Source: Corynebacterium glutamicum ATCC 13032
GTDB lineage: Bacteria > Actinomycetota > Actinomycetes > Mycobacteriales > Mycobacteriaceae
Assembly: GCF_000011325.1 (NCBI RefSeq)
Contig: NC_003450.3
Location: 1,050,001-1,082,000 of the forward strand
Reading direction: 5' to 3'
Length of the DNA: 32,000 bases
Shown: positions 8,621 through 16,109 of the stretch, piece by piece
Position numbering within the stretch: position 1 is the first letter of the stretch
Layout of the letters: each line of letters opens with the position of its first letter
Made by a program: the position numbers and the translations under genes
Notes under the pieces: generated by a model
What the model saw: the letters and a program-made list of their open reading frames with translations, nothing else
What the model was told of the DNA's origin: nothing
The model's database searches: none

Positions 8621-9931
8621 TTAACTGCTAAGAAGATCGAAGACTCCACCGAAGGAGACATAAGCCAAGAACCATGCGATAACCAGGCCGATGACTCCCA
8701 CTACGATCAGCCACACTGGGTATTTGTAACCCTTGAGGAGATCTTTTTGGCGGAAGATCGCTACGTAGATCATCAGGGTAAAGCCTACGGGGAGGACCAA
8801 ACCGTTGAATGCTCCGGCGAAGACCAAGAGGATTGCTGGTGCCGTGCCGAGCACGATGAACACGGAGCAAGAAATCAGGATGAAGATGATGGTCACCCAG
8901 TTTTGCAGACGCTTCTTCTCTGGCTTGTTTTCCACCAGGAAGGTTGCAGAGGTGTAGCTGGCGCCGATGACTGAGGAAATGGACGCTGCCCACAGCACGG
9001 CGCCGAAGATGCGTAGTCCGATATCGCCTGCAGCGTGCTGGAATGCTTCCGCGGCTGGGTTGCCCGTGGTGGATAGGGTGACGCCACCTGCGACAACACC
9101 GAGAACCGCGAGGAAGAGCACCACGCGCATGAGGCCAGTGATCAGGATGCCGGTGATAGAGGAATTGGAAACAGCTTTGACGTTGTTGGGGCCGGTTCGT
9201 CCGGAGTCCAGCATGCGGTGTGCGCCAGCGTAAGTGATGTATCCACCGACGGTTCCACCCACAAGTGTGGTGATGACAAGCCAGTCGATGGTGTCAGGAA
9301 GTACTGCATTCTTCAGCGCCGAGCCAACTGGAGGTTGGGAGACGAAAGCCACGTAGACGGTGAGCAGGATCATCACGACGCCGAGGACCACGAGGAATTT
9401 GTCCAGAGCAGCACCAAGTCGCTTGAACAAGAAGATCGCAATCGCGATGGCCGCGGTGATCACGCCACCAACTTTGACGTCCCAGCCAAGCAGCGCGTTA
9501 AGCCCAAGGCCACCACCGGCGATGTTGCCGATGTTGAATACTACGCCGCCAATACAGACCAGTACGGCCAGCACCCAACCAAAACCTGGGATAACCGTGT
9601 TGCCGAGTTCTTGGGCGCGCATTTCAGAGACGCCGATGATGCGCCACACATTCAGCTGCACCGCGATGTCAATGAGGATCGACACCAGGATCGCAAATGC
9701 GAAAGCTGCGCCGAGCTGGTTGGTGAAGACAGCGGTTTGGGTGAGGAACCCTGGGCCGATGGCAGAAGTTGCCATGAGGAAGATGGCACCCATCAGAGCG
9801 CTTCGGCCAGAGGCGGTTACTGCAGCTTGCTTGAGGGATGGCGCATTGGCTTTTGCAATGTCGCCAGGCCCAGGGGTTCCAGTGCTGGCTGAGACTAGCT
9901 GGCTGTCATCGGCATTTTTGTTGTCGGCCAT
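8621..9931 (-). CDS. NRAMP/SLC11-family-like permease (YcsG-type) lacking the canonical metal-binding motifs
   Basis: Polytopic membrane protein and first gene of the pxp operon. Start set at ATG 9931 (MADNKNADD...), with a strong GAAAGGAG 7 nt upstream. The TM1 region reads SAIGPGFLTQT where MntH-type NRAMPs have DPGN. The TM6 region reads GGTVGGYITYAGAH where they have the ..MPH.. motif. Confidence 0.75.
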   Translation of the reverse strand: MADNKNADDSQLVSASTGTPGPGDIAKANAPSLKQAAVTASGRSALMGAIFLMATSAIGPGFLTQTAVFTNQLGAAFAFAILVSILIDIAVQLNVWRIIGVSEMRAQELGNTVIPGFGWVLAVLVCIGGVVFNIGNIAGGGLGLNALLGWDVKVGGVITAAIAIAIFLFKRLGAALDKFLVVLGVVMILLTVYVAFVSQPPVGSALKNAVLPDTIDWLVITTLVGGTVGGYITYAGAHRMLDSGRTGPNNVKAVSNSSITGILITGLMRVVLFLAVLGVVAGGVTLSTTGNPAAEAFQHAAGDIGLRIFGAVLWAASISSVIGASYTSATFLVENKPEKKRLQNWVTIIFILISCSVFIVLGTAPAILLVFAGAFNGLVLPVGFTLMIYVAIFRQKDLLKGYKYPVWLIVVGVIGLVIAWFLAYVSFGGVFDLLSS

Positions 9932-9972
9932 TGTCGCGCTCCTTTCGTGGGGGCTTTCAAAATGATTGGGGT

Positions 9973-10007
9973 AGATTGCACACCAATCGCAGATTGTTGA
10001 ACAATCT
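9973..10007. promoter_or_regulatory. Two tandem 17-bp GntR/FadR-type operator candidates in the divergent permease/gntR region
   Basis: Site 2 (9991-10007), AGATTGTT-G-AACAATCT, is a perfect 8+1+8 palindrome and contains TNGTNNNACNA (TTGTTGAACAA). Site 1 (9973-9989), AGATTGCACACCAATCG, shares the GATTG...CAATC arms. A further GATTG half-site lies at 9964-9968. The sites lie 42-76 bp upstream of the permease ATG. Confidence 0.5.
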
Positions 10008-10141
10008 TGGTGAGTTGAGAGTGAGTTTAGACCCAATGTGTCCTATAGCACAATCCCGCGTGGGGATTAATGGTCATCGAATATGGTCAGAGCACCCCCG
10101 CAAGTGCCTAGGTGTGTCCCCAGTCCTTTAAGATCAGTCAC

Positions 10142-10795
10142 ATGACGCAGGCAATAGCAGCATCCCTTGATTTAGCGGCTCGAATCACCGCCAAAATTGA
10201 TCAAGGAGTGCTCACTCCAGGTACTCGACTACCCGAGGTTGCTTTGGCAGAAGAACTTGGCGTTTCACGGAACACGCTGCGTGAAGCTTTTCGGGTACTC
10301 ATGCAAGACGGACTGGTGGATCATATTCCCAACCGTGGGGTTTTCGTGCACACGTTCACCAAGTCGGATGTGGAAGATATCTATGCTTACCGCACATTTA
10401 TCGAGGTTGCTGCGATTAGGTCGGCGCGGAAAAATCCTCAGTTGCTGGAGCAGTCTTTGGGGGTAATGCGAGAGGCCTACGAAAGGGGTGCTGCAGCCAA
10501 TGCCGTGGGTGATTGGCAAACTGTCGGTTCTGCCAACAGTGCTTTTCACTTGGCGATTGTGGACCTAGCAGGAGTGGCTAGGTTGTCAGCAGACGCTCGA
10601 AAAGTGTTGGCGCTGGCTCGCATCGGATTCATGGCCACCTACAACGTGGAGACATTCCATAGCATTTACGTGGAAAAGAACCATCAAATCTTGAAGTATT
10701 TGGCTGCCGGTGAATTCGAAGAGGCGGAACAATACCTCCAGAAATACTTCGAAGATTCGCGCGATGATTTGTCTGCGCACCTACCGGAATTTTGA
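10142..10795 (+). CDS. GntR-family transcriptional regulator, FadR (FCD) subfamily
   Basis: N-terminal wHTH (LPEVALAEELGVSRNTLREAFRVLMQDGLVDHIPNRGVFV) followed by an all-helical FCD-like C-terminal domain. Start set at ATG 10142 (MTQAIAAS...). It is divergent from the pxp operon. Confidence 0.85.
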   Translation: MTQAIAASLDLAARITAKIDQGVLTPGTRLPEVALAEELGVSRNTLREAFRVLMQDGLVDHIPNRGVFVHTFTKSDVEDIYAYRTFIEVAAIRSARKNPQLLEQSLGVMREAYERGAAANAVGDWQTVGSANSAFHLAIVDLAGVARLSADARKVLALARIGFMATYNVETFHSIYVEKNHQILKYLAAGEFEEAEQYLQKYFEDSRDDLSAHLPEF

Positions 10796-10904
10796 AATTG
10801 CGATAGCATAGATGACTTGACACTGTTGCAGCAGGCGGTTTTCACCTGGCCTCTTAGGATTTGGTCAAATGGTTGCAACGACGCCAGGGAAGGAGGCGCA
10901 CCCC

Positions 10905-12149
10905 ATGGCATTTGGATTTTTTAGTAGACGTAAGAAAAAGAACAAAGACAAAAACCCGAATGAAAATTCAGCAGTGCCCGCACACTCTGAAGATTCACCT
11001 CAGGAGGTTTTTGAGGGTAATGGTCGTCAGGTAGGCGACCCCATTGAACAGCAGGTTGATCGAGATGCTAAAGGTCGTCTCACAGCGGCGGATTTCTTGC
11101 CGGACGCTGATCTGCCACAGCTGAATCGTTCGCGTGCAAATATGCTGCGCCGTGAATTGGAGTACCGTTTTTCACTCCAGAATGCCCACATTAATATCGA
11201 TGGAAACACGGCCATGATTCAGCGTTCAGATGGCGGGGCAGCACATGTCTCGTTGCGCACCCTCGCGATGAATGCAGCTGGCCTTGATAACTTTGATCAA
11301 CTCCCTGAACTGGTGGAAAGCTTCGTTCACGGCACGCTGGCCGATGCAACATTAAACGATCTTTCTACTGCTGACCTGTATAAAGCACTGCGCCTTCGCC
11401 TGCTGCCAACACCTGGCGAAGGCGACGATCTAGTTGAGCATGGACTCGACCGGGAAAGCCAGATCCGCGACGATTCAATCCTGCGCACCTTCACCTCTGA
11501 CATGTCGATCGCGCTGGTGCTCGATACCGAGCATGCCATCCGCATCCAGCCACTCAAAGAGCTCGAGGAGTTCGATGACCTCAGCGCCCTAGAGCGGGCT
11601 GCGGACCGCAATACCTGGCAAGAGCTTTACGACGCAAACGTTGACGCTTCCTTCGTCGACGCTGAATCAGACAGCGAAGGGTCATCATTTTGGGCTTTCG
11701 AATCTAACTCGTACTACTTGGGTAGTGCACCACTGTTCCTCAACGATCTGTTGGCAAAGTGGGCACCTGACCTGGACCAAAGTGATGGCGTCATCTTTGC
11801 TGTCCCTGATCGTGATCTGTTGATTGCGCGTCCTGTGACCACCGGCGAAGATCTGATGAACGGAATCACCGCGATGGTGAGGATCGCGATGCGCTTTGGC
11901 CTCGGGAACCCGACGTCGATAAGCCCGCGCCTGCACCTGCTGCGCGACAACCAGGTGACCACCTTCACCGACTTCCGCGTCGTCTCTCCTGAAATGGAAG
12001 CTGAATGGGAAGACAGCGCGTTTGACGCGCCACCGGCCGGCGCGATCGGCATTGAGGTGCGCCCAGATCCGTATCTGATGGAGCGCCTCCAACAGGGCGG
12101 CTTTGGTGATTTCGGAGATTTCGGCAAGCCCCGCGATCTAGATATGTAG
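10905..12149 (+). CDS. Hypothetical protein (414 aa), polybasic N terminus, acidic body
   Basis: Long ORF with a strong GGAAGGAGG about 8 nt upstream of ATG 10905 (MAFGFFSRRKKKNKDKNP...), ending ...GGFGDFGDFGKPRDLDM. I do not recognise the family. Confidence 0.7.
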   Translation: MAFGFFSRRKKKNKDKNPNENSAVPAHSEDSPQEVFEGNGRQVGDPIEQQVDRDAKGRLTAADFLPDADLPQLNRSRANMLRRELEYRFSLQNAHINIDGNTAMIQRSDGGAAHVSLRTLAMNAAGLDNFDQLPELVESFVHGTLADATLNDLSTADLYKALRLRLLPTPGEGDDLVEHGLDRESQIRDDSILRTFTSDMSIALVLDTEHAIRIQPLKELEEFDDLSALERAADRNTWQELYDANVDASFVDAESDSEGSSFWAFESNSYYLGSAPLFLNDLLAKWAPDLDQSDGVIFAVPDRDLLIARPVTTGEDLMNGITAMVRIAMRFGLGNPTSISPRLHLLRDNQVTTFTDFRVVSPEMEAEWEDSAFDAPPAGAIGIEVRPDPYLMERLQQGGFGDFGDFGKPRDLDM

Positions 12150-12155
12150 CGAAAA

Positions 12156-12189
12156 AGGGACCTTCACTTCTTAAGAAGTGAAGGTCCTT
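12156..12189. terminator. Bidirectional rho-independent terminator (hypothetical gene / fumC)
   Basis: Near-perfect palindrome AGGGACCTTCACTTCTT|AAGAAGTGAAGGTCCTT, flanked by AAAAA upstream and TTATTTAT downstream. It lies between convergent stops at 12149 and 12208. Confidence 0.85.
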
Positions 12190-12207
12190 ATTTATCGGGT
12201 TCTAGTT

Positions 12208-13617
12208 TTAGAACTTGTTCTCGCGCTCGGTGTGAGCCATAGCAAGAACGTCGAGGCGCTTGTCCAGCTCTTCCTCGGTGAGCTTCTCGCCATCAACCAA
12301 GCCCAAATCGATGACAGTCTGGCGGATGGTCTTGCCCTCAGCCAAAGCAGTCTTAGCCACCTTTGCAGCAGCTTCGTAGCCGATTGCAGAGTTCAGTGGG
12401 GTAACGATGGAAGGTGAAGACTCAGCGAGCTCCTTCATGTGTGCCTCGTTTGGCTCAATGCCATCAACGAGACGGGTTGCGAACACGCGGGAAGTGTTAG
12501 CCAGCAGGCGAGCGGACTCAAGCACGTTGCGAGCCATCACTGGGATGAACACGTTGAGCTCGAACTGGCCCTGGGTGCCGGAGAACGCAACAGCTGCGTC
12601 ATTGCCGATAACCTGAGCGGAAACCTGGGTAGCGGTCTCACAGAGAACTGGGTTGACCTTGCCTGGCATGATGGAGGAACCTGGCTGCAGGTCTGGGAGA
12701 CGGATCTCGCCAAGACCGGTCAGTGGGCCGGAGCCCATGAGGCGGATATCGTTAGCGATCTTGTACAAGGAGACAGCGATAACGCGCATTGCGCCGGAGA
12801 ACTCAACAAGAGCGTCGCGTGCAGCCTGAGCCTCGAAGTGGTTCTCAGCTTCCTTGAGCTCCTTGACGTCGGTCAAGTTGATCAGTTCAGCAACAACCTT
12901 GCCGCCGAAATCAGCGGAGGTGTTGATACCGGTACCAGCAGCGGTGCCACCAATAGCCAGCTCACCAAGGCGAGGAAGAGTAGCCTCAACGCGCTCGATG
13001 CCGAGCTGGATCTGGCGAGCGTAGCCACCGAACTCCTGGCCCAGGGTTACTGGAACAGCGTCCATCAGGTGGGTGCGGCCGGACTTAACAACCTCAGACC
13101 ACTCGTTAGCCTTCTTCGCCAAAGACTCGTGCAGAACCTTCAGGCCTGGGATGAGGTCATTGACAGCAGCTTCGGTTGCAGCAACGTGAGTTGCAGTAGG
13201 GAAGGTGTCATTGGAGGACTGACCCATGTTGACGTGGTCATTTGGGTGAACCTCAACGCCGTTAGCCTTCGCGATGGAAGCGATAACCTCATTGGTGTTC
13301 ATGTTGGAGGAAGTACCGGAACCAGTCTGGAACACATCAATTGGGAACTCAGCGTCATGCTTACCGGACGCGATCTCCTTACCAGCTGCAATGATGGCAT
13401 CTGCCTTCTCTGCATCCAGCGCACCGGAGTCCTTGTTTACCTGCGCACAAGCTGCCTTCAGCAGACCCATTGCGCGGATCTGTGCGGATTCCAGACCACG
13501 ACCAGAGATAGGGAAGTTCTCAACAGCGCGCTGGGTCTGTGCCTGCCACAGAGCCTTTGCTGGAACCTTCACTTCACCCATGGTGTCGTGCTCAATACGG
13601 AATTCCTGCTCGGTCAT
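12208..13617 (-). CDS. fumC: Class II fumarate hydratase
   Basis: FumC hallmarks: [25 protein letters not shown] signature, [10 protein letters not shown]. Two in-frame ATGs are available (13629 MSDFMTEQ..., 13617 MTEQEF...). I chose 13617 (469 aa) from memory of the C. glutamicum protein length. Confidence 0.93.
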   Translation of the reverse strand: MTEQEFRIEHDTMGEVKVPAKALWQAQTQRAVENFPISGRGLESAQIRAMGLLKAACAQVNKDSGALDAEKADAIIAAGKEIASGKHDAEFPIDVFQTGSGTSSNMNTNEVIASIAKANGVEVHPNDHVNMGQSSNDTFPTATHVAATEAAVNDLIPGLKVLHESLAKKANEWSEVVKSGRTHLMDAVPVTLGQEFGGYARQIQLGIERVEATLPRLGELAIGGTAAGTGINTSADFGGKVVAELINLTDVKELKEAENHFEAQAARDALVEFSGAMRVIAVSLYKIANDIRLMGSGPLTGLGEIRLPDLQPGSSIMPGKVNPVLCETATQVSAQVIGNDAAVAFSGTQGQFELNVFIPVMARNVLESARLLANTSRVFATRLVDGIEPNEAHMKELAESSPSIVTPLNSAIGYEAAAKVAKTALAEGKTIRQTVIDLGLVDGEKLTEEELDKRLDVLAMAHTERENKF

Positions 13618-13856
13618 GAAATCACTCATTTCTTACTGAGAATTAAATACGGCTGTCACAAGCTTACTCATTGTGTTGTCGCGAAACACTGGAGTCCACC
13701 CCTAGAGTGAGGTGGGTAATAGAAAGTGTGAGAAATAAGGCACAATCCACTCCTAAATGTGGGGGTGCAGGCTTGTTTAACGTCCAAAATTCGGCGGTAG
13801 GTGTACCTAAAAACAGGGGTGGGAAATACTTGGGGATTGCTCTCATCGGTTCGATA

Positions 13857-13872
13857 TAGACTGAATTGTCTA
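13857..13872. promoter_or_regulatory. McbR-type operator (TAGAC-N6-GTCTA) upstream of ssuI
   Basis: Exact match TAGAC-TGAATT-GTCTA, 64 nt upstream of the ssuI ATG. The consensus is known from the C. glutamicum McbR sulfur regulon. Confidence 0.7.
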
Positions 13873-13935
13873 GGTTAATATCCAATATGGAAGAAAAACT
13901 AGACAGTTAAGTAGACTGAATGGCCTACTAGGTGC

Positions 13936-14427
13936 ATGACTTCAGCAATCACCACCGCAACTGATCTTCGCTCCGTACTGCGAAACGTACCAACCCCAAT
14001 TAGCTTCATTGCAACCCACACCGATCAGCCTCTGGGCATGATCGTTGGTTCATTCGTCAGCATTAGCGCCGAACCACCATTGGTAGGCATCTTCTTGCAG
14101 AAGAGCTCTTCTTCATGGCCAGCTATCGAGCAGGCATTAGTTACCGGCCAAGAGCTAGGCATTTCTATCCTCGGCGGGGCACACGCAGACCATGTGCGTA
14201 AGCTTTCTGGCCCATCCGACCAGCGCTTTGAAAACCTTGGGTGGGCATCCACCGAAAACGGTGCGATTCACCTTGAAGGCGCTGATGCACAACTAACCAC
14301 GAAACTTCATGATCTCCAGGAAATCGGCGATCACTTCTTTGCAGTTCTAGAAGTTATTGACGCTTCCGCTGACCAAGACTTCAGCTCAGCGCTGGTGTAC
14401 CACCGCTCACAGGTGTCCTCGCTGTAG
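13936..14427 (+). CDS. ssuI: NAD(P)H-dependent FMN reductase (flavin reductase-like, HpaC/split-barrel type)
   Basis: 163 aa with the Flavin_Reduct pattern (LRNVPTPISFIATHTDQPLGMIVGSFVSISAEPPLVGIFLQKSS). It sits at the head of the seu/ssu cluster. Confidence 0.8.
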   Translation: MTSAITTATDLRSVLRNVPTPISFIATHTDQPLGMIVGSFVSISAEPPLVGIFLQKSSSSWPAIEQALVTGQELGISILGGAHADHVRKLSGPSDQRFENLGWASTENGAIHLEGADAQLTTKLHDLQEIGDHFFAVLEVIDASADQDFSSALVYHRSQVSSL

Positions 14428-14440
14428 GACACTAAATTTT

Positions 14441-14474
14441 AAGAGGGCGCGTCGAATCTTCGACGTGCCCTCTT
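14441..14474. terminator. Bidirectional rho-independent terminator
   Basis: AAGAGGGCGCGTCGAA-TC-TTCGACGTGCCCTCTT (16-nt arms, one G-U), flanked by AAATTTT and TTAAAATT. It lies between the ssuI stop (14427) and the minus-strand ORF stop (14475). Confidence 0.85.
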
Positions 14475-14738
14475 TTAAAATTCGTGGAACGCTTTGTGGT
14501 GAGTGTGGAGACTTTCCTCTTGTTCGGTGTTAAGTGGTTCGCGTCCTCTTTTCTCGCGAATGATTCTCACGTGATTGATAAAGGCAGCGGAGTCAGGGTT
14601 TTCGATTGCGGTTTTAAGCTCCATTCCGTACAGTTTTTGCTCTTCTGTTGTGAAATAATCTGTTCTGTTGCGGAAGTCCAGTCCCATAAGTTCAACCAGT
14701 GCGTCATCGGATAGGAAACCGTTAAAAGCCCAACTCAT
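14475..14738 (-). CDS. Hypothetical 87-aa ORF; probably the 3' part of a gene split by an in-frame TAG (see findings)
   Basis: ATG at 14738 with no SD-like sequence upstream. It is in the same frame as ORF 14751-15200. No family recognised. Confidence 0.45.
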   Translation of the reverse strand: MSWAFNGFLSDDALVELMGLDFRNRTDYFTTEEQKLYGMELKTAIENPDSAAFINHVRIIREKRGREPLNTEQEESLHTHHKAFHEF

Positions 14739-14750
14739 GGATTCGTCGGT

Positions 14751-15200
14751 CTAGGGTCTGTGGGGATCGAGGGTGTCCCATTGCTTCTTTCTTTCCCCGG
14801 AAACGTGCCAGATTCCATCCTCAAACCAGGTCACAGATGACGGTGCATCGCCAATAACGGAACCGCGGTAAGGATAGAAATCCTCTAGAGAAACAAGACC
14901 CGTCCATTCTGGGGCTGCGGGAGAAATGTGGAGATGTCCTTTTTCTTTGCTTTGAAAAGGGCTGATATCCTCCCAATCTGAACCAATGATCAGCCAGCGT
15001 TCACTAGTTGTGCTGCTCGGAAATTTTCGGATAATTACGCCCGAAAATGCCTCATCGTCGTAAGTGAATAAGCCTGGTGTTGTGGGTGTCCATGCAGGGC
15101 TTGGAGTAGAGCGATGGGCGTGTTCTGCAAGGAGTTGGATGCGCAAACGGGTGAGGATTTGGTGAAATTCTTCCAAAGGGGTGTGCGCAGAAAGCTCCAA
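14751..15200 (-). CDS. Hypothetical 149-aa ORF; probably the 5' part of the same split gene
   Basis: The ORF begins at TTG 15200, has no internal Met, and ends in TAG (14751-14753). No family recognised. The start is uncertain. Confidence 0.45.
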   Translation of the reverse strand: MELSAHTPLEEFHQILTRLRIQLLAEHAHRSTPSPAWTPTTPGLFTYDDEAFSGVIIRKFPSSTTSERWLIIGSDWEDISPFQSKEKGHLHISPAAPEWTGLVSLEDFYPYRGSVIGDAPSSVTWFEDGIWHVSGERKKQWDTLDPHRP

Positions 15201-15250
15201 GGGGTGGTGGGCAAGGTCTCTCGGGTGATCTTAGTGAGAATACGAAAAGA

Positions 15251-15276
15251 GGCGAGTCCCAATCGGGGAGCTCGCC
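15251..15276 (-). terminator. Rho-independent terminator of the FMN reductase gene
   Basis: On the minus strand: GGCGAGCTCCCC-GATTG-GGGACTCGCC followed by TCTTTTCG. It starts 25 nt downstream of the stop at 15301. Confidence 0.7.
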
Positions 15277-15300
15277 ACTTTTGTGAGGGGTTTTTAAGTT

Positions 15301-15867
15301 TTAGACGTTCGCAGACTCGCGAATGGTGGACATTGCCTTGGTCCAGACAACAAGCTGCTCAAGCATAGCGTCCACAGAGGAGATGCCCTGCTCGGAAGGC
15401 TTGAAGTTAGGGTATTCGAAGTCGGTGAAGATGCTCAGCAGGCCGGTCTTTTGAACGTGTGCGATCTGAAGCTCGGAAAGGATGCCGCGGAGGTGCTCAG
15501 CTGCGCGAACGCCCATTGCGGAGCCGTAGGAGACGATGCCTGCAGCCTTGTTGTTCCACTCTGCGGAGAGGTAGGAAAGGGCGTTGGTTAGTGCTGCTGG
15601 GACGGAGTGGTTGTATTCGCCGGTAACAAAGATGAAGCCATCAAATTCTGCGATCTTTGCTGCCCATGCCTTGGTGTGCTCGTTTGCATACTGGCCGTAG
15701 CCGGCTGGCATTGCTTCGTCGAGGACGGGGAAGTTGAAATCGGCGATATCAACGAGCTCGTACTGTGCATCGTTGCGCTCTTGTGCGCGCTCGAGAACCC
15801 AGTTGGCTACGTCAATGTTGACGCGGCCTGGACGGGTGGAACCGGTGATGATGGCGATCTTGCTCAT
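15301..15867 (-). CDS. NADPH-dependent FMN reductase (SsuE/flavodoxin-like fold family)
   Basis: MSKIAIITGSTRPGRVN...FDGFIFVTGEYNHSVPAALTNALSYL is the classic NADPH-dependent FMN_red pattern. AGAGGAG lies 6 nt upstream of the ATG. It is divergent from seuA. Confidence 0.85.
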   Translation of the reverse strand: MSKIAIITGSTRPGRVNIDVANWVLERAQERNDAQYELVDIADFNFPVLDEAMPAGYGQYANEHTKAWAAKIAEFDGFIFVTGEYNHSVPAALTNALSYLSAEWNNKAAGIVSYGSAMGVRAAEHLRGILSELQIAHVQKTGLLSIFTDFEYPNFKPSEQGISSVDAMLEQLVVWTKAMSTIRESANV

Positions 15868-16073
15868 GGTGTACTCCTCTAAAAGTTAATTAAGTTGATG
15901 TATCAACAACTTGACGTACCTAGCCTATGTTAACTTTCCGCGTCATGCAAGCGCTTTGGGATTCCAGTCTATTTCTCAAGGTCAACAGGGTGGGGGAGTC
16001 GTCGAGGTTTTCATTCAGGGTGAATGCTCTCCTTGTTTCAGATGTTCAACGCTCCATAAAGTAGACCGCAATC

Positions 16074-16089
16074 TAGACAAAGATGTCTA
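16074..16089. promoter_or_regulatory. McbR-type operator (TAGAC-N6-GTCTA) upstream of seuA
   Basis: Exact match TAGAC-AAAGAT-GTCTA, ending 20 nt before the seuA ATG. An extra TAGAC half-site lies at 16062-16066. Confidence 0.7.
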
Positions 16090-16109
16090 TTTTAATTAAG
16101 GAGCAGAAC

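Noticed and set aside
7573-8631. 352-aa plus-strand ORF
   Set aside because: It is antisense to pxpB/pxpA, both of which have clear family signatures. This is a typical long antisense ORF in GC-rich DNA.
9218-9965. Overlapping plus-strand ORFs of 224 and 201 aa
   Set aside because: They are antisense to the NRAMP-like permease and mutually overlapping. Their composition is biased (P/T/A/R-rich) and they have no start context.
12439-13710. 423-aa plus-strand ORF
   Set aside because: It is antisense to fumC, which is unambiguous.
13664-13885. Small ORFs (73 aa minus, 62 aa plus) in the fumC-ssuI intergenic region
   Set aside because: They overlap each other and the McbR operator, have no SD, and lie in an AT-rich promoter region. 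They are most likely non-coding.
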